Shown here: one piece after another, positions 39,101-50,302 of the stretch | Layout: every line of letters starts with the position of its first letter | Numbering within the stretch: position 1 is the stretch's first letter | The notes under the pieces: model-generated | Databases searched by the model: none | Told to the model about the DNA's origin: nothing | Seen by the model: only the letters and a program-made list of their open reading frames with translations | Position numbers and translations under genes: made by a program | Assembly (NCBI RefSeq): GCF_003704095.1 | Contig: NW_020844031.1 | Location: 434,001 to 498,000, forward strand | Direction: 5' to 3' | Origin: Pocillopora damicornis | Taxonomy: Eukaryota | Length of the DNA: 64,000 nt

Positions 39101-42100
39101 AAAAGTTTAGAAGTTAGGATTATCTCAATTTTTTTTTCAGGGGAGGGGACCCTTACTTTGTGACTGTCATAGCTAATCTCTCCACTAAGACAAACCATCC
39201 CATTAGAGAATCCTGTCTAATGATTTTTTTTTTTCAGTTGTAAAATAAGAACATCAATTAACCCTTTAACCCCTAAGAGTGATTAGCATCTAATTTCTCC
39301 CTACAAGATCACCCATGAATCACACATTTAGGTCATGAGAAAAAAGGAATTGGTCACTAGGGAAGGGACCTTTTGATTGGCAAACAAATTCTCCTGGTCA
39401 GCAGCTTAGGAAATGTATAAAGAACAGTATGGAGAATATGCATACTGATGTTAAGGTGTAAAGGGTTAAAAAGCTTTGGCTTTGGCCAGTTATTGCTCCC
39501 TGTTTTCAAGCATGTGACACTCTTGTTTATATTTACATTGATGTAATATCTTGACCATTTTGAATTGTTTTTGAGTTATGGGTATTTAGAGAAACCTTGC
39601 TATCAGTGCATGTAATTACTGTTATGTGATCTGCTGAAGTAAACAAGCATTTTGATTGGTTGCTACTTATGATTAAATGGAGGACAGACTCATAGATAAT
39701 CTCACCATTAGCAACATTTTGCTTTTTTTTATTTTAAATAAATAGATGTCATGTTGCTGTGCAACTGTTCAGTAGTAGATTACAGTAGTTGTCAAAACGT
39801 GTGAAGACCATCGGTGACATGTTCTGCTTCGCCTCTGGCACCACATTTTTTGTTCTTGCCACATTTCGAATGGACGCATAGAAGTTCTTTGTTGTCGATT
39901 GAAAGTCTTCTACTATCCTAATTTGACAGGTACATCAACAAGCCTTGGACGCGCTCCAAGCTTTGGTAAATCCTCAGTGTCCAGAGTGAGCACAACTCCT
40001 CTTAGTACAAAAAGCACCACGGGCAATGAAGAACAGCAAACATCGGTGGGTGAAGTCTTGTTGTGTCAGTGCTTTAATCAGTGATCACTTTGGTTGACTT
40101 AGAGAGCAGTTTTCAATTTACTGTCAAGTACTTAAACTCCAAAACAAAAGGAATCACAACGGCTAATCATTACAAAGGTTAACATCAATGTGAGCCAATG
40201 AGCACTCAATGTAAAAATAGACAAACCATGAAAAAGGCAGGAAAATGCAGGTGACTAAGTCATGCTTGTTTTTTGTTTTGGGAGTTTTGTAGACCAATCA
40301 CTGACCGAAAACAATGCCAAACCAAACCATCTCAGATTACTTTAGATACTTAACTGCAAATTTCTTTAACAAACAAGAGAAATTATGGCAACCAAATGTA
40401 CAATGAAATTCACCAATTTGACAACCTGTGATGGCTGGCTGTGTAACAAGCGGAAAGGGTTTGATTTCTGAGTGTTTTATGTCTAAGTTAAAGTGAGATA
40501 AACTGTTACATGAAGTAGCATGTGAAATTGTACAAATTTGTTTTTCATGGACAACTAATGGAGTGCATTAATACCTCAGCGTAATAGAAATATTCCTTTT
40601 CACTTCATCGACATGGAACTAAAATAGTGTGCTTATCAGATAACCTAACAGACTTGTAGGAAATTAAACCCATGGGTCTGTTTTTAGTTTTTTGGTGAGA
40701 AGTAAACTTTTGAAAAATCTCTCAGATTTCTTTTGCTATCTAACAAATCCGTTCTGTTTTTCTGTTAATTTTTTTCTCTATTCAGTTGCAGCTAGAGAAA
40801 CTTAAAGACGAAAACAAACGCCTGAGGGAACAAAGCGTGTTATCCGTTAGGCAGAAGGATTCGACACATATTTTAGAGTTGGAACTTAAAACAAAAGTGA
40901 GCAGAATTAAAGAGTTAGAGAAGGAGCTCTCACAGTGCCGAGACTATCAGAAGGCACTGCTATTTCAGGAGAAAGAACTGCTTGAGGCCAGAACTAAAAT
41001 GAACGATTTGAAACAACAAATGGAAGAGAAAGAGAAACTTCTTCAGCAGCACAAAGGCAAGCTGTCGATTCATGCTAAGGAACTCGCCGAGGCCAAAGCC
41101 GACTTGCAGGAAGCCAATAGTATTATTGGCATTCACAGGGCGAATATTGAATCGCTGAAAAATGAACTTACTTCTATGAAAAATATCTCAGGAAGTGGGA
41201 AGGAAAAACTGATTGTAACTGGCGAAGAACCCGAGAGTGATCAAGTGTTTAGTTTGAAAACAGAGGCCAGTGGGAACGAAGGCAAGGATCTAGAATCTAA
41301 ACTTTCAGCTCTTATGCAGAAACTAAAGCAAAACGAACGCGAGTTATTAGTGAAGACTAGAGAACTCGAGAAAGCGAACGAAAGTCGGTCGAAAGTGGCA
41401 AAGTACACTCGGTCTTTGTTGCAGGAATTGGAGTCGAAACTGAGTAACAATGAGAGGAAGCTTGCAGAGACCGAAAATCAACTTGTAAACAAAAACGTAG
41501 AACTCGAATATGAAAAGGGAAGACGGCTTAAAGTTGAGGAAGAGAACAACAGATTGTTTTCAGAGCTTGAGTTGTTATCTGATGAAAGGAAAAAGGATGG
41601 GCTTTCGAAGGAAGTCGTCGAACTTTTAAAGAGAGCAAAAGAACGAGTCGCATCTGAAAATATTGTGCCAGTTAGAGAAATGTCTGTGGAAACTGGGCTA
41701 ACGTCAGTAATTCCGAAAACTAAAGATGACGAGAAAAGAACTAGTAATGGTGTCTCATACGTCGAGGAAATTGATAAATTAAAATCAGTTCTTGCTTCAG
41801 CGGAGAGTTCTTCGGATCAGAGTGATAGCGAGACGAGCTTTAGGTCGGCTAAGAAAGAAACTGATCGTCTTAAGGATCGTTTGAAAGTGCAACAAAGAGA
41901 TTATGAAAGTTTACGAATCGAGAGTAGCAAAATTAGGGAAGATTTGAAAAAGCGGGACACTGAACTGGATTCCTTGCGCAAGGAGCTGAGAAAGTTGGAG
42001 GATAGAAACGCAGATGTAGTTGAGAAAAACCGAGAATTAGAAGAAAGGCTTCAAACTGTGGAAAGCGAACTTACAGAAAGTATGGAAAGGGAGATATTCC

Positions 42101-45100
42101 TTCAAACTGAGAATGAAACCGATGAAGGTGAAAGATGGGATGTGAAAGAACGTATTGTGGGTTTGGAGGAGGAGGTGTCAATTTACAAAGACAAAATTGA
42201 TGAACTGGAAACAAAATTAGTTGAGAAGGAATCCAAAAATGTAAACGTAGAGAAAGATAGAAATCGTGTGCACGAATTAGAGCGTCTTTTGAAAATTAAA
42301 GAGGATGAACTGAAAGAAATAGAGAGGCGTAATTCTCGAAGAGAACGAGAGTTGAAGAAAGAGGAGGAAACAAAACGAGATGAAATGGAGATTGAATTAA
42401 GCCGAGAAAAGCTCCGACTTCAAGAACTTGAAGAGCAGTTCGGTCAGGTCCAAAACGCTTTGGATTCTGAACGAAATAAGTCGAAGGTAAAGGAGAATGA
42501 ACTTGAAGAACTCAGGAAGACAACCAGTCTCATGGTGTACAGAGAGGACGCAGAAAGACATATAGATGAGCTCGAATCGGAGTTGAAAGAAAAAGAAGAT
42601 AAACTCTCTGAAAGAGAGTCTTCTCTGTCCATTGCTAGCGAGAGAATCGCCGAATGCGAAGAAAAATTGAGGAATTATGAATTAAAGGCTAAAGAGTTTG
42701 TGTCAAAGAATTCGGCTGATCTGGAAAAGAAAATTCGAGAACTACAAGAGGAACTGGAAGACAGCAGGGAAAGGTTGGCCGCAGCCGAAGAAAAACTGGA
42801 GGATTTCGAAGTGGAAGAAAAACTTCTCGCTGCTGAGCTTCACAAAAGTGAAAGGGAAGACAATGATAAGGTTGACGAGGTGAGGAAGAAGTTGACGGAG
42901 GCAGAGGAGAAAATTAAGAAGTACGAAGACTTTGCCAAGGACAAAAATTCTAAACTTATAGCGAGCGAGGAGAAGGTCATCGAACTTGCTGAAGAATTAG
43001 CGAGAAGGCTCGCCGTGGAACAAGAAACGGCTGAGTGGATTGAAGGTGTTGAAAATAATCTTACTCAAAGAGAGAAAGAGCTTAATGTCACGCGAGAAAG
43101 TTTGGTAAATAAGGCCAAGGATTTAGACAAGGAAAAATACAGCATTTTAGACGTTATGGAACTGTCTATGAGGTACATTAAAGAGTTAGAGCTGGCTGTA
43201 GGTGAGGAGAGAGAGAATGCCAAAGAACTCGAGCGACAACTGGATGATGAAAGGGCACGTGTAACTCAAATGGTTCAAGAGATGAAGAGCGTCGAAAGTG
43301 AAGGAAATAAAAACCAAGACGCTCTGAATGACAACGCAAGCGTGGAAGAAAGGTTATCTTCTTGCGAGATAAGACGAGAACTAGAATCCACTCGAGTGAA
43401 GCAACTCCAGACAGAACTTGAAGACTCCAAGAGAAAATTCGCCGAAGAGCTGAGTTCGGAAAGGGACTCGCACGTAAATGAGATGAGGAAGTTAAATGAG
43501 GAGGCTTTGCAAGTCTCCGGAGCCGCTAATTCAGAAGCCGATGAGTTGAAATTGCGGCTGACTTCCCGTGTGATAACTCTACAGTCCGACATCAGCGAAC
43601 TGAAGGCTGCGCATCATCAGGAGTTGGAAAAACTACGGGCTCAACACAAGAAGGAATTAGAGAACGCCAGACGGGAAGCCATCTTGGAGACCAGTGCTAG
43701 AGAAGTGATACGAGAAACTGATGAGGACATGGCGGCCAGAGTTAAGGAGGTGGAAGACGAGATGAAAGAAATGACAGAAAGGTAGAAAAATTTTTAGTAG
43801 TTGTGTTTGTTTTGTTGAGAATACAAGGTCATTGTACGCTTTAGTGTCACTTGTTTTCACGTGTAGTGATAGTAATTGATTTTCTAGATATGAAAGTCAA
43901 ATGGAGACACTTAAGAAGAGCCATTCTCGAGAGATGGACAAGCTCAAGCGGAGCAGCGGAGACGGTGTGGATGGGCTACAGACAGAAGTGGTCCAACTAC
44001 AGGTTGAGATGGAGAACATGAGCCAGAAATACATGGAGGAAATTGAGAATCTTAAGGTTTGTTTTACGAGCATTTTTCCTCGGCTCCACTCCGCCACGAC
44101 CATTGCCTTCGTGGTGGAGGCTATGCCAGGGCAGACAGTGAATATGTTGGCTGACTCCTCTGAAGTTAATCTTGATATAATAGTTATGGGATAAAACTGT
44201 AGCACAACATAATTAACTCATATCGGCATGTTTACGTCAGAAAGTTGTCCCAATTTCTTGTTAGTATTTGATTTTAAGAGTTTTTTTTCAGAACTCATAC
44301 CTTTTTAACTCTTCACTGGTATTGTTATTTACACGATTCCTCTTCTTTTTCTTTAGGTTCAACACGGAGAAGAACTAGAACAACTCAAACGCGACATGGC
44401 TGTTGTTCTGCAGGCGTCTTTAGGAGCAGCACCTTCCTCAGCCAAAGACGACTCCAATGTCCAGCTGCTCAAGAACAGAATTAATGAACTGGAGCAACAA
44501 ACAGAAGAACTGAGCCGGAAGTACAACGAAGAACTCAAAGCTGAAAGGGTAGATTATTTTGTCAATATCTTTCGGGGTAAAGTTAGCGGCTAGTTTCCTT
44601 CAATTTCCCGGCTCATTTAACCTTACCTTCTTCATCTCTTCGTTTACAGGAAAAACAACAGCGAGAAATTGAGCAAACGCGTAACGACATGATGACAGTG
44701 ATCCAGGCAATCAGATCGGAAAAGTACGCCGACGAAGGTAGAGCAGCTTCTCCGCGCCATCTTGAAGACCTGCCTGAAGAATTGGCCAAGATGCAGGAAG
44801 AATACGAAGAAAAGATCGCTAAACTGCAAGAAGAACATGAAGAAGCCTTGAGGGAGGCGAAAGGATCGAAGACAGTTGTTTCAATGAATTCCATGAAAGG
44901 AGAACAAGAGGTAATGTGACATGACTCTTACGCTTTGACTCCTAAGAGTGACTAGCATTCAATTTCTCCTTACAATATCACTCCAGAATCACTCTTTAAG
45001 GTCACGAGAATAAAGGAATTGATCACCAACTGAAGAAGCTCTTGATTGTTAAAAAAATTCTCCTTGTGAGCACCTTGGAAAATAGACGGAGAAAGTATGG

Positions 45101-47970
45101 AGAATATACATACTGATGTGTGGTGTAAATGCTCAAAAGAGTTTAGCTTGTTTTTTTCTCCAGGTGATGTCTTTACATCGTCATATAGAAATGTTTTGCG
45201 AATTTATGAAATTATAATTCAGGGGATCTAAGCGAGTAGTTTACCGTTTACCGCTTCACTTTTTTATAGTGAAGAAAGTAGGTCAGCTATCAACTCAAAT
45301 TTTTCACGCGAAAAGATCGTAGTTTATTTTAATTGTTGTACTTTGTTTGTAGAATGATTCCCAGCTTAAAAAGAAAGTCAGACAGTTAGAGGCGGAGTTG
45401 TTGTCTTGTAAGGAGGAATTTCAGAAGCAGCTGCAACAGAAGGACACCAAACACGATGAAGAAGTGAACTTGCTGAAGGCCGACATGTTGGTAGCTCTTC
45501 AAGTGGCTCGGAGTGGTAATTTGCCCCCAGCTGGAGCTAGTCAACCAGATTCCCAGACTTCTAGCAGCACCATCACTCACGGAGGAACAAAGCTCTCCTT
45601 AGAGGTCTGGTGCTCTTGTTTCGTTTTTGATTGCGACCGTGTGGCATTGATCTGAGAACTTGTCGTCCAGACCATCTTGAAAGTTAAAGAAAAAAGCTAT
45701 TTGCTCAAGAGTAGAGGTTAAAGAAATTGGTCTATGGGAATTTTCCACCGAGCAAAAACGTTTCCTCTTAAAATGGGATTTAAGCTCTGTCGGCCGTTTC
45801 CGTCCTGGTGGGTCGTACTTTCGCAAAATTTGCTCCTCGTACACTGCTTTCTACTTCCTCGATTATCTCTTCCCTCTGCGCACGATTTTTGTTTGCATAT
45901 TGCCAGCTTTCGTCCAACCATCGTTTGCCGTCCCTCTTTGTTGCATTAGTAGTCTACTTCCCAGCCGTTGTTTGTTCTTGTTACGTTGCGCGTTTTCTCT
46001 CCGAAAGAGATGGATGAGACAAGGTGTGTTGCGTGACAAAACCAAATAAGGACTGCGACGGGGACGACTGTCACACTCGTTCGAAAGTAATGAGAATTCA
46101 TGAAGTTTTATTTCATGAGCATCTTTTGAGTAATTTTATCAATTTCTTGACAGGAAGCTGTCGCGAAAATCACCAGTTTGGAAAAGACAATCGAAACCAC
46201 CAAGAAACAAGCTAAGAAGGAAAAATCTGATTTAGAAAAAAGCTTGAAAAAATCCGAGGCTGCCACAATGTTTGGACTGAGACGAACCGAAGAGATGAGC
46301 ATAAAGATTTACCAAATGCAGAAAGAAATGGAAATTATTGACCGCAAATATCAAAAGGAGATACAAATGTACAAGGACGCGTTTGAACGAGAGAAAGAGG
46401 AGAAATGCCAGCTGGGAGACTGGGAGACACTGTCCTCCGAGAACGACAGTCTGCGACTGGAAATCGAAGAACTTGATTTGAAAATCGAAGAAATGGAAAA
46501 TACACACCAGGCCGAGATCAATATGTATAAACAAAAGCTCGGCGAGGAGGAAATGCAAAGTATCGAGAGCTTAAGATTGAAAATCAAGAGCTTAGAGGAT
46601 GTTATTGAAGAACAAAAGTTAGAGCATGAGAAAGAGTTGGAAGATTTGAAACTGGAAAGAGACGCATCCGTTCAGGAATTAAAAAGACGACACGAAAAGG
46701 AACTTGAGAATGTCAAAAGTGAACAGCGAGTGGTGAACGTAGGGAGTAGCCATACGCGTGCCACTTCTTTCGATTTGCAACAAAAAGATCTAAGAATTAA
46801 AGAGTTAGAGCTCAAAGTTGAGGAGCAGGAAACTCTTCTTGAGGTGAAAAGACGAAGACACAAAGAAGAGATAAAAAGTCTTCGTCAGAGATTGGACGAC
46901 GAAATGCAAAAGCACACCGAAGATGTTCGGTCGCACCGAACCAAGGTTCGGATGCTGGAACGACGCAAATCCGAACACTCGATCTCTTTCGGGTTAGTGG
47001 ACGACGATTATAAACGGATGTACGATGAACAACGTTCGGAGAATATTAAGCTTAAGTTTACTGTTGAGAAACAGAAGAAGGAGTTGGACGATATGCGCAC
47101 TGCTTTGGCAGCTAAAGAAGAGAAAGCAGCAGAGGTTACAGAGAGAAGAAAAGCGTTTGGTAAGGGGATTTCTGAAATTATGAATAGTGTGACATCGTGA
47201 AATCCAACGTATTTCCCTTTTCCTAACGCAACTTCTCTTTTCAATATTTTTATAGACTTTTGCTGGAAATAGATCACTGTCTGAATACTTTTTTAATAGA
47301 TCAATTTATTTATCGCTTACGTGAGAATACTTAAAAACTTAATGACCCATGCCAGGTTTTTTTATTTGGTATCAGCGACTTTGAAACGGCTTTAATCGTA
47401 ACGGGCTGTTTGACCGTAGGGTGATTCGTAGCTGTTGTTGTCCTCATCACGCCGCACACTCACATTTATAGAGAGCGTGTTGCCTGACGAGGCAAAACAA
47501 CTGCTGAGTAAGGGAATTGCAGCTTGATAGCGATCATTCTAAATTTCTTCTAACGATGGTTAGTATTGTGCCTTTCACATTTCTCTCCTCTTGTTCGTCA
47601 TTCATTGTCTCTTTGTTTGATGACCAATCTGCTAGACAAGAAAATTCATTATTGAGCTTGAATTTTGACCTTGTCTCTTTCAGGAGAATCACGGCGCCCT
47701 GTTTCAGATTCCTTCCCATCAGGCTTTTCGTACAGCCGGACCACTCCAGCCCAGGACTCCTCCTCCCAACCCGGCAAAGTGCCTCTGAGAAAAGTATCTT
47801 CGGATAACAAGTCAGACTCAGATCCTGTGTGGAAGAGGGCGTCAGGGGGACCACTGTCAAGACAGGCGTCCGAGGGAGGGTTAGGAAAACATGATGTTGG
47901 CAAGGGGAAAATATTTACAAGGCAACTCTCTAAAGGGGTGAGTGAGCAAAGTCGATTACTCATGGAATAA
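36134..47970 (+). CDS. MPRIP: MPRIP/TRIOBP/Outspread-like protein (~1950 aa): Cys/His N-terminal motif, one PH domain, very long coiled coil
   Basis: N-terminus CRNFQPNVFNKSKCQNCFK matches MPRIP CRKFQANIFNKSKCQNCFK; PH motifs RWNKRWFVL, GNINL, YYLKAENRLELDNW. Phase-consistent exons 36134-36286, 36449-36538, 36649-36720, 38786-39044, 39930-40045, 40786-43781, 43888-44056, 44357-44548, 44650-44910, 45353-45604, 46154-47159, 47684-47970 (5853 nt). The 3' end may be alternatively spliced. Confidence 0.8.
39258..39469. mobile_element. TTAA MITE, subfamily B
   Basis: TTAACCCTTTA...TAAAGGGTTAA termini. Confidence 0.88.
40103..40365. mobile_element. AGAGCAGTTTTCAAT MITE family copy
   Basis: Same left TIR and internal AGACCAATCAC as 23022-23298; right end decayed. 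Confidence 0.7.
44928..45136. mobile_element. TTAA MITE, subfamily B, decayed termini
   Basis: CCTAAGAGTGACTAGCATTCAATTTCTCCTTACAATATCAC...GTATGGAGAATATACATACTGATG aligns with 39258-39469. Confidence 0.75.
45950..46069. mobile_element. Short palindromic MITE-like element (AGTC..CAGCCGTT...GTTGCGTGAC...CTGCG..GACT)
   Basis: Imperfect inverted ends; similar decayed pieces near 6797-6865 and 47420-47517. Confidence 0.45.
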
Positions 47971-49079
47971 ATTTGTAGATAGTGAATTCAAGACAGGTTG
48001 ACATTTGAGTCTGCGTTGTTTAGTTGTTCTGAATACGTAAATCCGCTCATTATTGTTATAATCAAAACTTGGAAAAGTGGTAACCACGTTATTCGTCGCT
48101 TTCATTTGAGTTTCAAACATTTAAGGGGACATTTTCTTGCTCTTTATTACTTGAACGTCGGACTATCTAATTTTGTTTCGTGAACGTTTACATCAAACAT
48201 TTGTATCAAAGCGTACGATAATAGTTCTTACGTTCGCCGTCAACACTTTGACCGATCTGTTATCTTTGTGTTTTTCTCGTTATGACGGCTATCTTGAATC
48301 ATCAAGGCACTGGAACGTTGGGAAAAGGGAAAACTTCCACCAAGGGGGGGGTGACCCTGAATCAAACAGTGCGGCTCGGTAAACGAATTCGAGCTCGTAG
48401 CGCTAATGCATTCCTCCTTATTGCAATGCAAGCTGGGTAACTGCAATCACACTAATGTTTTAGTCTGGTTGGGTTTATAGGTTGAAGCACCAAACATGGG
48501 CTCAGTAGCAGCTCGCGTGGCCTTGTATCAAACTGTAGGTAGGTATCAAGCTCTTTTGTTTGCGAAAGTGGAAGTCATGAGCGGATAGTGGGAGGAAAGA
48601 AAAGAGAACGTCATGAGATATTTATGAGCATTTTCCTAGTGAGATTTGAAAATAATTAAATCCGAAAGAAATCCTCTCTACTTGCGCTTTACGTCCGTTT
48701 TCTGAGTTTTCATGGGCTCGTTGTGAAGTTTTCCTTCGCTTTGTTCGAACTGTTTGATTAATATCTTAGCATTTGTGTATTTCCTTCTATGTAGATCTCC
48801 ATGAAAGTGTCTTGTCCCATAGCTTTGGATCAGCAACAACAAAAAAACAAAAACAGTAGTTATTTAACATTGTACGTAGTACAGTTAATAAACCAGTAGA
48901 TAATAGGAAACAGCAAAAAACCAGAATTCTTTTTCACTTTTCTTCTGTAGCTTCCAAGTTTAAAGATAAAGATGAAAAGACAGGACAAAGGAAGCCGTGA
49001 TGTAAATCAATTCTTGCTGAGGTAATTTTTTAATGAAGAAACTTCCGGCTCAGCAAGTTTCAGGGTTGGTCCATGTTTT

Positions 49080-49322
49080 AGTCTGTCTGTCCGTCCGTCC
49101 ATCTGTTTCACTGTCTGTCTGCCTGTCTCCCTGTCCAAGTGTCTGTCTGTTTCGGTGTCTCACTGTCCGTCTGTCTATTTCGCTGTCTCCTTATCTGTCT
49201 GTTTCACTGTCCATCTGCCTGTCTGTTTTACTGTCCATTTCACTGTCTGTCTGTCTGTGTCAGTCCATCTGCCTGTCCATCTGTATGTCTGTCTGTCTCT
49301 CCTTTCCGTCTGTGTGTCTGTA
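49080..49322. repeat. Degenerate (CTGT)n microsatellite
   Basis: Directly visible; produces the spurious Ser/Val/Cys/Leu ORFs at 49033 and 49139. Confidence 0.92.
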
Positions 49323-50302
49323 TGTTAAACATCTAATTGACCTCTCAAGTTAGGCAGCTAACCATGATCTGCTTTTCGCAGTGATGAATTGGTTGCGATG
49401 GTTATTATTGTTTTTTTTTTAACATTTTATAACATATTTATTAAGTATTTCTTTTTCACCTAATTTTCAGGTCAAATCCTCGCTCTCAAGCAAAGTTCTG
49501 CTCAACTTTGGCAAATATTCCAAATTTGAAATACAATGTAATTATGTACAGGAAAAACTCTATAAATGTATGTAAAACTAAGTATTCTCGCTTAGGCGAA
49601 GAGATACTTAATATTTTGTATACGAGTTTATTGTACCGAAAGTCTGAATTTGTGAAAACAGTACAAAAGGATGTCACCAAGGAATGAGTAATTTCTGTCC
49701 ACAGTTTGTCAATCGAAAGGTATTTTTGTAATGATAATATGATAGCTATTTTTATAAGGTTCCGTATAGTGAAAGATTCATGCGGTAACCATTTCAATTT
49801 AAGTATTTCGTTTAGGCTCACTGGCGCTTGAGTTTAGTGAATAAACTTATTTACTCGTACTCTGTGGTCACGAGCTCTTTGAAAAGTACTTACCTTTTGT
49901 TACTGGCGTTCAAATGGAGCGGGAGAAGTTGGCCGAAGTTTACGGATTGGTTTAACAGTATTCAACATTTTCGTCTTTGTCATTTTATTGGCTCTTGTAC
50001 GACGAGGTGTTCCTCAAATGACTGGATTAAAAATTACCGCTCGAAGCGAACACGCTACTGCTACCTGTTGCAGCGTCGCTATCGCAGAACAAATCCTACA
50101 TCTAAATAATCTTAATGTTTTACTAACTCGCAAATTTTTTCAAATAAGTCCACTTGTTTCCATAAATCTTAACAGAGAGGAGCTGGAAAAAGAAAGTCGC
50201 AAAGTCTCAGAGAGAAAGTACAAACCCGTACTTTACGACCTTGATAGTATCATGTATAACAGGTTCATGTTAAAGGATAAATCATATGCAGTTCTGTTAA
50301 AG

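Noticed and set aside
40786-43785. 999-aa ORF as a standalone myosin/SMC/golgin gene
   Set aside because: Starts at a splice acceptor (TTG), ends at a donor, has no motor or ATPase motif, and splices in frame with the upstream PH exons.
41241-47277. Ser/Phe/Leu-rich minus-strand ORFs
   Set aside because: Antisense shadows of GAA/AAA-rich coiled-coil codons.
49033-49353. Cys-rich hydrophobic ORFs
   Set aside because: (CTGT)n microsatellite translation.
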